Positions 1 through 10,940 of a stretch of 64,000 nt of DNA are shown here, in pieces. The notes beneath the pieces were generated by a model that saw only the letters and a list, made by a program, of their open reading frames with translations, did no database searches and had not been told where the DNA came from. The stretch covers positions 1 through 64,000 of the forward strand of contig RSEE01000037.1 in NCBI GenBank assembly GCA_003971905.1. The letters run 5' to 3'. The number at the start of each line of letters is the position of its first letter. Within the stretch, counting starts at the first letter, position 1. Position numbers and translations under genes: made by a program. This stretch comes from Moniliella sp. 'wahieum' (Eukaryota).

Positions 1-20
1 AACCCTAACCCTAACCCTAA
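1..20. repeat. Telomeric repeat (CCCTAA/TTAGGG)n, chromosome left end
   Basis: The window starts AACCCTAACCCTAACCCTAA, with the C-rich strand 5', as expected at a left chromosome end. Only about 3.3 units are visible. Confidence 0.8.
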
Positions 21-480
21 GCGTAGGCCCATTGCGCGGACCAGTCGTCCGTCCCACGCATCTGTTTTGGACCCTGCCAGCGAAGATGAAGAGTTTGAAT
101 AGGAATGCTGCATCAACGGCGAAGCAAGCATATGTGAACCACACCAACAGCGACGAAGACAATCTATAGAAGGGTATATAGTCGAGCACTAAAATGTCAG
201 TGGCGTTGATATTATACTAGTAGCTAGCATGCAACCTATAATAATAGTGTTGGAGGAGATGTCTGCCTTGTTCGCCTTCTGCCTTGTTGGTATGTGCTTT
301 CGCAGCTTGTTGGGATATTTGCAAGCGGAGGCATTATAACGGGAAAGAGATGAATGCTACGGCGCCGATCACGGGAAAACAATAAGCAAAGTATATATGC
401 CCCATAGGCAAACAATGTGCTTTATCCCCAAGAGGCAGAACATGGAAATTTCACATACACAGTCCGCAGCCGTGTAACCC

Positions 481-696
481 GGGCAGCATTCCATCGGCGC
501 CATCATCATCTCGGGAAAGGCGGCCGGACAGCACTATCCCATCCCCCGCATCGCTCTAACAGGCGAGCAGGATGATGACTGCCCCATTCGCTTCACCCGC
601 AGGCAGTTTCCCGTCGCCCCTGCCTTTGCCATGACCGCCAACAAGTCCCAGGGTCAAACCTTGCGCCATGTCGGCGTCCATCTCCTCACTCCTACC
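481..696 (+). pseudogene. Helitron Pif1-like (SF1B) helicase, fragment upstream of the LTR insertion
   Basis: Manual translation (not in the ORF track): GQHSIGAIIISGKAAGQHYPIPRIALTGEQDDDCPIRFTRRQFPVAPAFAMTANKSQGQTLRHVGVHLLTPT. An in-frame TAA at 475-477 precedes it. Confidence 0.85.
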
Positions 697-1521
697 TGTT
701 ACGGGCCGCGTCGGATCCAAGATGGTCTGATCCTAGCTAAGGCCCGCCTGCTCTGCACCAACCCAGTGGAGCGCGCCCCCAAGCCCAACCAAGTTTGACG
801 ATGGTTGGTTGTACCCTGTACGGTGGTCCGAGTTGCCATGCGTACGCGCGACAGTAGTCGCCTCCCGCCCAAGTCCAAGTCGGTGGTCAAAACGAGACCA
901 CCAAGTATTCAGTATCTTTGCGACGTCCGTCGCCCGTCACCACTTATTTTCCTTTCTCGATCGCGCCTGCGGCGATCAACCCCTCTTTTGACGTGCCTTT
1001 CTTTCTACACCCCCTTTTGTGTCTGTTTCCCCTTTTTCGATTAAGCCTGTACCCCCGGTGGGTGGGGGATCTTTTCCTCCACCCTCCATTTCGTCCCTTT
1101 CCCGCCTATCCTGTCCGACTCCTGCCCGTTTCCAGCCAATTGATCCAGTACAGGCAGCTCTTCTTGTTAGCGTCCGACTTCTCCTCCGACCTCGTCCTCC
1201 AGCCCCTCGTCAACCCCATCGCGCGAGCCCTCCTTTGGCCGCGGCGATTCCCAGTCTCAGTTAAGGCAGTGTTTGTCCGCCGCTGCCTCCTCCCGTCCCT
1301 AAGTCCCGGAGGCTTCAGACACGTTACTACGGCCCAAGCCGGTGCAGACGCAGCCTTGCCACACGTGCAGCCGCCCCACCAAAGGCCTCTCCTCGTCCCT
1401 AGCTCCGCTCGGATACACCAACCAGCCCAAGCCCGAAACTACCGTGAGTCGTCCTTCCGTCTCCTAAGGGATTGTACCCCAAGAACCTGGGTGAGCCCCC
1501 TGGCGGGGCCCGCCCGTGACA
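697..1521 (+). repeat. 5' LTR of the gypsy element (825 bp)
   Basis: TGTTACGGGC...GCCCGTGACA, an imperfect 10-bp terminal inverted repeat. Direct repeat of 6735-7558. Confidence 0.96.
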
Positions 1522-1522
1522 T

Positions 1523-1532
1523 AATGGAGGGT
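1523..1532 (+). other. Primer-binding site (self-priming type)
   Basis: AATGGAGGGT lies 1 nt after the LTR and is the exact reverse complement of ACCCTCCATT at 1081-1090 inside the LTR. Confidence 0.7.
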
Positions 1533-1721
1533 CCGGGGTTCCCTCGGCAGGTCCTCAGGGTTCTTCGTTATTGGGCTGGCCCCGCTGACTCCCACGCTGG
1601 TCGTGTCTTTCGCAGTCCACCGCTTTTCTCCCCCCAAGCGTTTCCCCACAGTCTCTTCGTCCCAGGGTGTTTCTACCGCACCTTTCCCTCTCCCCGTTTG
1701 GTCCTCAGGTTTCTGAGACTC

Positions 1722-2807
1722 ATGAGTCAGCCAAGCGAACCGATTTCAGGCCTTTACCAGAGCCAGCACGCGCCGGGCAATCAGCCCGTCCCAGCACCGA
1801 CGTGGACCGCCGGTCCCAGTAGTCGTACCTTCCGCCTGAGCGATTTTCCTCTTTTCGCCCACACGGGCAACAACGTAAACGACCATGCAGCCGCGTGCCT
1901 TTTCCTGGACCGGATCCAGAGTGTGGCCAATCAAGCCGGTGTTCGAGACAACACCACCCTTATTCATCTGGCGTTGCTGCGCATGCCAGACTCAACCTCG
2001 ACGTGGACCCGTCACCAAACCAGCGAGTTTAATCGTATCCATGGCCATGAGGGAGCTGACATTGGCCCTGACGAAGCCGCCCGTTACCACCATCTCTACA
2101 GCTGGTCCGCCTTCCGTACGGTTTTCCTCCGTCGCTTCGGGGATATGCAGGCAGAGGAGCATGCCATGCAGCGACTGTTCGCGCTCAAGCAGGGGAACAT
2201 GACGGTCGGTCAGTACGCGGATAAGTTCCAAGACATTCTCAGCGAGATTGAGGCGTATCGCGGCCAACCCGCAACGGCGATCAGTCTTTTCAAACAAGGC
2301 ATGTCTCCGGAATTACGTCGGGCCTACTTCTACGTCAACGCGTCGATGCATTTTCAAGAGCTGGATGATTTAATCGAGTGGGCTACCCGCACCGAGCTGT
2401 CGAAAGATCTTCTGCCCGGCAGCGACCGTTCCAGCAACTCGCGGTGGAACAACCACAGCTTCCAGTCGCGCTCGCGCAACAGCAACAGCAACAGCAACAG
2501 CAACCATGACTACGAGCCGATGGACTTAGACGGAGCGGAGGTCCGTCCCCAGGGGCGTCGGCCTCGAATCAGCGACGAAGAGTACGCTCGCCGCCGCAAC
2601 AACGACCTCTGCATGCGTTGCGGAGAATCGGGTCATTGGCGTAACGAGTGCCCCTTGGGCCGTAATGGTCAGCGCTCCGGGCGGCGTGGCCGTCGGTTTC
2701 GGCCCCAAGGGAATTCCAATTCGAACGGCTCGAACCAAGGGGGGTCGAGCCAGACGGGCCAAGAGGGCGGCTCGTCGTCGGGCGCGCCGGGGCAGGCGCG
2801 CAACTAG
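1722..2807 (+). CDS. gag: Gag (retrotransposon capsid + CCHC zinc knuckle)
   Basis: SWSAFRTVFLRRFG...LKQGNMTVGQYADKFQ capsid-like segment, EPMDLD motif and CMRCGESGHWRNEC knuckle. The start is taken as the ATG at 1722 (MSQPSE), because ORF 918 begins inside the LTR. Confidence 0.9.
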   Translation: MSQPSEPISGLYQSQHAPGNQPVPAPTWTAGPSSRTFRLSDFPLFAHTGNNVNDHAAACLFLDRIQSVANQAGVRDNTTLIHLALLRMPDSTSTWTRHQTSEFNRIHGHEGADIGPDEAARYHHLYSWSAFRTVFLRRFGDMQAEEHAMQRLFALKQGNMTVGQYADKFQDILSEIEAYRGQPATAISLFKQGMSPELRRAYFYVNASMHFQELDDLIEWATRTELSKDLLPGSDRSSNSRWNNHSFQSRSRNSNSNSNSNHDYEPMDLDGAEVRPQGRRPRISDEEYARRRNNDLCMRCGESGHWRNECPLGRNGQRSGRRGRRFRPQGNSNSNGSNQGGSSQTGQEGGSSSGAPGQARN

Positions 2808-5800
2808 GGGCAAGGGCCCCGCCGTGGATGTGTGCCACGTCCACCTCCTCCGTCAAGATGGTCGCCTAGCGACCGCGCCTACATGTTTCCAGACGGAGTT
2901 GGGCACGCAAACCACGTTAAGCCTAGTGGACACGGGGGCCGAGAGATCGTTTATTGACCGCGCGGAAGTGCGCAAACACGGGTACGTCATGAATCCACTC
3001 TCCGCCCCCTCCAGGTGCGGCTACTGGACGGAAGAAGAAGCTGCTCAGGCCAGGTTACTCACTCTTGCCTTCTGTCTTTCAACCTGGGCGGCCGAACGTT
3101 CAGCCACGAGTTCCTCGTTACGTCGATTCCGCGCTATCCAGCGGTCTTGGGTACCGACTTCCTTTACGCCAACGATGTGTCGCTCTCTTTCGCTCGAGAT
3201 GGTTCAGCCGAGCTTAGCTTCCAGGGCGATGGCCCCTCGATCGAGTGTTGTGGTATCATGGACATACGTTTAGTCTCGGCCTCCCGGTTCAATCACGAGC
3301 TTCAACGAGACGATGATCTCCTAGTCGGCCAAGTGTGGGTTGACGATCAGGGCGAGGTGGTGGCTACGCCCGGAGAGATTCAAGTTGCTCAAGCGGAGAC
3401 CGAGGCGGACGCGGATGACGAGCCGGTGGAGGAGCGCGCCGTCAGTACGATGCCCAACGAGTTGCGTATGGTCGAGGACCCAGGCCCCGGGCAGTTGGAT
3501 GTTGATGACCCAGTGGATGGGGTTTTCCCCGAGCCTCCGAAGCCGCGCCCCCTTGAGGAGATTGCCAAGCTCGTGCCCCCAGAATTCGCGGATTGCCTAG
3601 ATGCCTTTGACGAGAATCGGCTCAATCGTCTACCCCCGTTGCGTCCCGGTTATGACCACGAGATAGAGCTCCTACCGGGTGTCAAGCCTTTCTTCGGCAA
3701 GATCTATCCTCTGTCCACTACGGAATCGGCAGTGCTGGCCGAGTGGATCCGTTCAAACCTGGCCAGAGGGTGGATTAGCCGGTCCACATCCGCGTGGCGC
3801 TCCCCGGTGCTATTCGTTCGCAAGAAGTCGGGAGAGGTCAGAGTCGTGACGGATCTACGTGGCGTGAACGCTAGGTCTGTCAAGAAAAGAGTGCCTCTTC
3901 CCCTCATCGACGAAACGCTCCAGCGCCTGTCGGGGTGGAAGTACTACACCCAGTTGGATCTCAAGAGCGCCTACAACCTGGTCCGAGTTGCCCCCAAGTC
4001 TGTTCCGTATACCGCAGTGGGTACCAAATTCGGTTCTTTCGTTTCCAATGTGATGCCGTTTGGCTTGCAAGGAGCGGGTTCCACCTTCACTACCCTCATC
4101 AACGCGGTGCTATCGGACTTTATCGACACGCACGTCTTCTGCTACCTGGATGATCTCGCGATCGTGCACAATGATCGAGGTGAGCATGTTCGAGTGGTCA
4201 AAGAGGTTCTGAAGCGTCTAGCCGACAACCATCTGGTGGTTGGCATTGACAAGTGCAAGTTCTTCCAAGATTCCATTTCGTTCTTGGGGCATCGGGTGGG
4301 CACACTAGGCTTATCCATGGAGGTCGATCGGGTCAAGGCAGTGTTGGATTGGCCCACGCCCAAGTCGCCGAAGGAGTTGCTCCGCGCTTTAGGGTTTATG
4401 AACTTCTGGAGAATCTACGTGCCGTCCTACTCGCAGTACACCGCGCCCCTGACCCAATTGCTTCACAAGGGTCAGCGTTGGGAATGGACCCCCGAGCACC
4501 AACGTTGTTTCGATCGTCTCAAGGAAGCGTTTACTCAAGCCCCAGTGCTGGCGCCCTTCGACCAGAACAAGCCTTTGAGAATCGAGTCGGACGCGAGTGG
4601 CTATGCCGTGGCAGCGGTCCTCTCTCAGCCTCACGAGGGCCGGCAGCGCCCCATAGCCTATTGGTCAAGGAAGCTTACGCCCGCCGAGCAACGCTGGGGA
4701 GTAGGAGATCAAGAGTTGTTACCCCTAATCACGGCGCTCAAGGTCTTTCGGCATCTGGTGGAGTCGGCCCCGGAGTTGGAGTTGGTGACCGACCACAAGA
4801 ATCTGGTGAGCTACAACGACGAAGGGCAGCGGAACCGCCGGCAAGCGAGCTGGCGCGTGTTTCTTTCGGCCTACCAACCAAGGATGATTTATCGTCCCGG
4901 GTCGAAGAAGATGGTGCTGCGGATGGATTATCTCGTCGTCCAGACCTAGTCGAGCAAGCCAAGAGCGAAGGCGCGGCCGATGCAGCCGAGTGGCGCAAGC
5001 AACCGATCCTGCGAGCCAAGTCAGAGGAGCATGTTGAGGACTATGAGTCGCTCCTGTTGCCGGGAGCCAAGGTGGTGCCGCAAGCCGGGGTTGAAGCGCA
5101 TGCGGGCGAAGTGGAAGCAGTTGAGGAGCAGCCGCCCGAAGGCGAGGTGATTGAAGCCATACGAGAGCTCAAGGAGCACGACAGCGGGTACGAGGCCATC
5201 GTGGAGCGAGTCGAAGAAGGTTGTGCGCCGCAGGAGTATGAGATGCGCAACGGGTTGCTCTACTTCCAAGGGAGAATCTACGTGCCCGAATCCGAAGCAC
5301 TGCGGTATACCTTGCTCCACGACCACCATGACAAGCCCGAGGCTGGCCACCAGGGAAGAGAGCGCACGTACGATCAGTTGGCGCGTTGGTACTATTGGCC
5401 AGGAATGACTTTCGATGTGCGTCGTTATGTGGGAACGTGCTCGTCATGTCAGACTGTCAAGAGCCGCCGCCATCGTCCCTATGGTCTACTGCAACCGTTG
5501 GAAGTGCCAGCCCGACCTTGGTCAAGCTTCAGTATGGATCACTTCGGTCCCCTGCCAGAGGGAGGACTTGGGAGCAAGGGCGAGACGCTGAACATGGTGC
5601 TGGTGGTGGTGGATCGGTTGTCCAAGATGGTGGTGCTCATCCCGTGCAGCTCCGGCGACACGGCGGGTCGTTTGCTTGAGCGGCTGACGGAGAAGGTGTT
5701 CAACGTGTATGGGCTGCCGACCGAGATCGTGAGCGACAGAGGGCCGTTGTTCACTTCGTCCCAGGTGCGTGGCTTTTGCGAGAAGCATGGCATTCGCCAA

Positions 5801-6646
5801 AGCATGGCCACTACCCAGCACCCTCAGTCCGATGGGCAGTCGGAGCGGTTTGTCGATCTGGTTAAGACTCATCTGCGCCATTTCGTTAACCATCTGCAGT
5901 CCGATTGGGTCGAGTACCTTCCCTCAGCCGCCTTCGCGCTCAACACCGCTCGCTCCGCTTCAACAGGGTTGTCTCCGTTCTACATCATGCATGGGTTCCA
6001 GCCGCTCAAACCAGGTGACCCAGTCGCTGCCGTGCGAGAGAATGAGCCAGGGGAGGAACATCAAGAGGCTCGGAACGAGGCGATTGAGACGGCCAAGGGA
6101 GCTTTGGAGCAGGCGCGCAAGAGAGCCAAACACTATGCCGATCGGTTGCGGAGCGAGGCGCCGGAGCTGGAAGCGGGAGATTGGGTGCTGGTTGATCAGG
6201 AGCGGGTGCCGTCAACTCGGCCGAGTGGATCGTTGGAGCGCAGGTACTTGGGGCCATTTAAGATCAAGGCCAAGGTACACGAGGGGGCGTATGTGGTTGA
6301 CCTTCCCCCGTCGATCAAGATCCATCCTGTGCTCAACATCTCTGCCCTCGAGCCGTACCGCTTCGATGCCGTGCCAGCCCGGCACGAGCCCTTACCTCCA
6401 CCGCCCGAAGTTGAGCGAGGCGAAGAACACTGGCTCGTCAAGCGCATCCTCGATTCCCGTTGCTACCGTCGCCAGTTCCAGTACCTGGTCTCCTTCGTCG
6501 GCTTCCCTGAGTCAGAGAACGATTGGGTGCCCGCCAACGACATGGGGGATGAGGCTCCAGTGGTGATCGAGTTCCACACCCAGCACCCCGAGAAATACTG
6601 CTCCCAAGCACGCAAACGGGCCTTGGCCCGCCTTCTCGAGGAGTAG
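2808..6646 (+). CDS. pol: Pol polyprotein: aspartic protease, RT, RNase H, integrase, chromodomain (two apparent 1-nt deletions near 3008 and 4908)
   Basis: Protease LVDTGAERSFI; RT LDLKSAYN, MPFGL, YLDD; RNase H ESDASGYAVAAVL; integrase HDHHDKPEAGHQG...CSSC, SMDH, SDRG, SDGQSER; GPF motif; chromodomain WLVKRILDSR...QYLVSFVGFPESENDW. Confidence 0.93.
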
Positions 6647-6720
6647 TACCCCGCCCCAGTTCCCCCAGGTTCGGTTGAGGAGGAGAAGCCCAACCTGGTA
6701 GGCGTGCGGACACGCCTTGT

Positions 6721-6734
6721 GAAGGGGAGCGTAA
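6721..6734 (+). other. Polypurine tract of the gypsy element
   Basis: GAAGGGGAGCGTAA immediately precedes the 3' LTR. Confidence 0.75.
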
Positions 6735-7558
6735 TGTTACGGGCCGCGTCGGATCCAAGATGGTCTGATCCTAGCTAAGGCCCGCCTGCTCTGCACCAAC
6801 CCAGTGGAGCGCGCCCCCAAGCCCAACCAAGTTTGACGATGGTTGGTTGTACCCTGTACGGTGGTCCGAGTTGCCATGCGTACGCGCGACAGTAGTCGCC
6901 TCCCGCCCAAGTCCAAGTCGGTGGTCAAAACGAGACCACCAAGTATTCAGTATCTTTGCGACGTCCGTCGCCCGTCACCACTTATTTTCCTTTCTCGATC
7001 GCGCCTGCGGCGATCAACCCCTCTTTTGACGTGCCTTTCTTTCTACACCCCTTTTGTGTCTGTTTCCCCTTTTTCGATTAAGCCTGTACCCCCGGTGGGT
7101 GGGGGATCTTTTCCTCCACCCTCCATTTCGTCCCTTTCCCGCCTATCCTGTCCGACTCCTGCCCGTTTCCAGCCAATTGATCCAGTACAGGCAGCTCTTC
7201 TTGTTAGCGTCCGACTTCTCCTCCGACCTCGTCCTCCAGCCCCTCGTCAACCCCATCGCGCGAGCCCTCCTTTAGCCGCGGCGATTCCCAGTCTCAGTTA
7301 AGGCAGTGTTTGTCCGCCGCTGCCTCCTCCCGTCCCTAAGTCCCGGAGGCTTCAGACACGTTACTACGGCCCAAGCCGGTGCAGACGCAGCCTTGCCACA
7401 CGTGCAGCCGCCCCACCAAAGGCCTCTCCTCGTCCCTAGCTCCGCTCGGATACACCAACCAGCCCAAGCCCGAAACTACCGTGAGTCGTCCTTCCGTCTC
7501 CTAAGGGATTGTACCCCAAGAACCTGGGTGAGCCCCCTGGCGGGGCCCGCCCGTGACA
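6735..7558 (+). repeat. 3' LTR of the gypsy element (824 bp)
   Basis: Matches 697-1521 except for one homopolymer indel and one G>A substitution that I could see. Confidence 0.96.
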
Positions 7559-7563
7559 CTACC

Positions 7564-8019
7564 TTTGCACATGGCCAGCTTTATGTCGCTCTTTCTCGCG
7601 TCTCCTCCCGCCACGGCCTCAAAGTTCTCCTCCCGCCTTCCAAGATCACGCGCAACATTGTCTACCGCCAGGTCATCGAATACGTTGAAGGTGGCGTGCC
7701 CATTGAGCCAGCCAACACTACTGACCCTCCTCCAGAAGACGATGACGACGACCAGTTTGACGGGGACAATAACGGCAACTTGGACCAGCAGGACATTGAT
7801 GAGGCTTTGCGCGAATTGCAGCAGGACATTGATGAGGCTTTGCGCGAATTGGAGAACACGGTGCTCGGCCCAGGTCCTGATCAGCCTCCTAGGGCCGGAG
7901 ACGAGGACGAGGAAATGGTCTTGCGCGAGATGGACGACGACGGCGACACGCTCTTCCGCCAGTTGGATCAGGACATGCGCCCGCGCGAGGTCGCCCAAGA
8001 CCACATGGACCTGGATTAG
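7564..8019 (+). pseudogene. Helitron helicase C-terminal fragment plus acidic tail
   Basis: FAHGQLYVALSRVSSRHGLKVLLPPSKITRNIVYRQVIE continues exactly in frame with 481-696 once the LTR element and one TSD copy are removed. Confidence 0.85.
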
Positions 8020-8155
8020 CTCTGAGAAGCCCAACCCTTTAGCCCGTTACTATGAACCTGCCTTCGAAAAACAGCCTGCCTTAGCTCCAAACCAATGCCA
8101 CAGACACAAATAATCATGCACAAAACAAGTTCCAAACACAAAAGCAAACAGGACA

Positions 8156-8199
8156 GGCTGGGGCTTCGCCCCAGCCCACCGGGCCTACGGGCCCGGTGG
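8156..8199 (+). terminator. Tandem GC-rich hairpins (Helitron 3' subterminal signal)
   Basis: GGCTGGGGC-TTC-GCCCCAGCC is directly followed by CCACCGGGCC-TACG-GGCCCGGTGG, about 140 nt after the helicase stop. Confidence 0.65.
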
Positions 8200-9026
8200 T
8201 CCCCTCGTGTCAGTCGTATAAGCAGGCTTCCGGCCTTCTTAAACTGTTCCGAGGGCCGAAACCGTCAGGATTTCGCGTGGGCCGCTGCGAGAGCTGAACC
8301 CCTTTTTTCCCAAAGAGGTTGGCCGTGTATCCGACTTATCTGTCAGTTGACGCTGGCCAACAGCCCATGTCAATGACAAGAGGACAGATATCGACCGTCG
8401 GTCGCGTTTCCAGTGCTGTGCCTCGTGCGTTCTGGCCCACGTCCCTTCAGTCTGGGCTCCGGCCGCCTACATGGGAGAGTTCCGTTGTTTCTCACACTTC
8501 TGTTTTCCTTCATGTTCCGCAGCCTATCCCCTGGTGCCGACGATTATAGTTCCTTGATGCACTTCATGTTCCTGGGTTGGCGTTGCAGGTTGGCTTGGAT
8601 CACCGCTACCACCAACTATGCCATGCATCACGCTCGAGGAGCATCAGGACTCCACAGATTTCATAATCTCAGAGGAAATGCATAGCAGCTATACACAAAT
8701 GCACAAGGAGTAGACAGTCTCAGAAGCTTTTAACATGGAAAGGGAGGATGCATAACAATAACACGGCATACTCAAAAAGGTGAGGCTAACGACAGGGACA
8801 CCACCTGACGGAGTGAACCGCACCTCATCGTATCCGCCATACGGAAGGTGTGTCTGCATTAGCACTCGTGCGCCCAGTTTGGAACGAAAGTAGAAAAAAG
8901 GGGGGAATACTGTAAGGCGAAAAAAAGAAAGACAAAAAACATGCCAATTGAAAACGGACAAGAGGGGTCTCTTCCCCGTTCTCATTTGATCAACACGCCT
9001 TCAATAGGAAGAGGGGGATTAGCTGT

Positions 9027-10940
9027 CTACAGCACCAAAGCGACGGCAGCCAAGACGAGGGTGGCGACCCACGTCGTGCCAGCCACCAAGCGAGCAGAGG
9101 GAGCCGTCTGGATCTGGGTGTGAATGTTGACAATGTACGGGGCGCACGCGTCGGAGGAGACGTTGGTGCTGGCGCCAATGTGAGCACCCAGGTTGGCCAC
9201 CACGGCCGAGCCATCCGGAACGGGGAATGGAAACGAAGCCCTTGCCGTCGGCGGTGACGTCGACGGGCCAAGAAGAAGGGAGAGCAGGCGCCTGACCCGG
9301 AACACCAGTGGCAGGGTCGTAGGCAATACCGTTCCAGGTGGTGTTGTCAACCGAGTCGGTACCGGGGGCAGTCAGGTAAGAGAGGAAGAGTTGTTGGTTG
9401 GCCAGCTGGGGGAGAGTGAACGTGTAGTTGACAAACTTGTCGCGCGGCGCCGACGCGTTGGACGGCTGCGAGTTGACAAATGCAAATCCACTGATCTGGT
9501 CGTTCGAGTAAATCGTGTACGCAGCCTGGCGGTCGTTGCCTGCGTCTTCGCCCAGCGAACCGTCTTGCACGTACCGGTCGAAGACGGTGACTTTGGCAAT
9601 GCGCACATTGCAAGCGCCGCCGATGATCTGGTCAATGGCTGCGTAGGCGTAGTACGAGCTGCGAACGTGGGCATCACCGTGGCCGTCGATAGTGATAGGC
9701 TGCCAGGGAGCCGAGGAGCCGGTTTGGGTCATGTGGAGGTTAATGTTGGCGACCGACTGCGACGCAGCGTAGAGGAAGAAGTTGAACGTCCACAGCGTGT
9801 TCGCAAACGAGTCGGAAATCCCCCAGGCACCGTCGGGCGCGACGGACATGACCTCACGCAAGTTGAACGGCTTGTCCTTTTGCGACGCAGCCTCGGCTTC
9901 CGTGGCCCAGCCAGCAAACGTGTTGTACGTGTTGTTCATGTTAAGAAGGTAGTCCTGGGTAATGTTGGGCGTCGTGATATCCACTGTGCACATCAATCAC
10001 AATTAAAGAGGATCCATACATTAGTTTCACTCTTCCATAATACGCCCCCACCGGGATGTGTCCAACAAGCAATGATAGAGGAAAAGAATACGCACAGTGC
10101 TCGTTGAAGCCCGAGGTATTGGAGACCATTGGCGCCAGTGCCTTCGGAGTCAAACGCCAGCCAGTGCACACGGAAAGGAGTGCCGGCCTTGGAATGCGGG
10201 TTGGAGATCGTACCGGGCTCGAAAGCAGTCTTGGTCAAGTTGCTGGGAATGAGCACCTTGCCATTGATCTGTTGGACACGGTAGAGCCATTCCGGACCGT
10301 ACCCAGGGTCCTCAGTCCATCCGGAAGGACGGTAGCCAAAGGTGGTGTAGCGGTCAGGCTCGTTTCCGAGCTCAAACGACACGACCGTGATGTTCTTGGG
10401 CAAGGTGAGCGCCGCACGAACGTGGTCGATGTTGCGCTGAATCGCATCTTCGCCGGCATAGGCCAAGTTAATACCGAGAGTGACGGGGGTGCCAGCAGGC
10501 AGGTGGTCGAGCGCCGTGAACAAGCCCGGGCCGACGTACCACCGGTTGGTAGCGTTGGCCACATCCGGGTTGTCTTGGATCACAGTGTCGGTGATCGAAG
10601 CATTCCAGATCATGTTGTCGCCCGAGTCACCACCAACGCGAAGGTGAGGGGATTGACCAGTGTAGCTGCGCAGGTTCTCAAACAGCTGGAACGTCAGCGG
10701 GTTGGCAGCCGTGGTGCCGGTGTAGGAAAACACGTTGGACGGCTCCACGCTAAAGCCCGCAAAGGACGGGGTAAGAACGTTGGAAATGGCCCCGGCCTTC
10801 TTGACCTTGGGGATAGGCTTAATGGGCACGGTCGAATAGGGCGAGGACTGGGCGGCGACCAGGCTTGCCGCGGCCGCGGCGCCAACCAGCACGCGTCGGG
10901 CAGTCGAGCTTCGTTTGGACGGACGGTTGTGCAGCATCAT
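9027..10940 (-). CDS. Secreted, probably GPI-anchored glycoside hydrolase family 79 (beta-glucuronidase-like)
   Basis: Signal-like N-terminus, GFSVE, LRVGG, acid/base FELGNEPD and GISDSFANTLW...INLH motifs, and a hydrophobic C-terminus VATLVLAAVALVL. Probable intron near 10000-10100 plus frameshifts. Confidence 0.82.

Larger units (their letters stand above)
697..7558 (+). mobile_element. Full-length Ty3/gypsy LTR retrotransposon (chromovirus, Tf1/sushi-like)
   Basis: Two near-identical LTRs with TG...CA ends and a 5-bp TSD CTACC (692-696 and 7559-7563). Domain order is gag(CCHC)-PR-RT-RNaseH-IN-chromodomain. Confidence 0.97.
478..8208 (+). mobile_element. 5'-truncated Helitron (rolling-circle transposon) interrupted by a Ty3/gypsy insertion
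   Basis: Helicase motifs RRQFPVAPAFAMTANKSQGQTL and HGQLYVALSRV...RNIVY are typical of Helitron RepHel C-termini. GC-rich 3' hairpins lie at 8156-8199, with a candidate end CTCG|T near 8208 (exact end uncertain). Confidence 0.75.

Noticed and set aside
918..1721. N-terminal 268 aa of the 629-aa ORF as part of Gag
   Set aside because: It lies within the LTR and leader with a non-ATG start, and the 3' LTR copy has a stop and an indel in this frame.
8209..8900. Possible solo LTR starting TGTCAG after the Helitron end
   Set aside because: I found no matching CA terminus with a target-site duplication.
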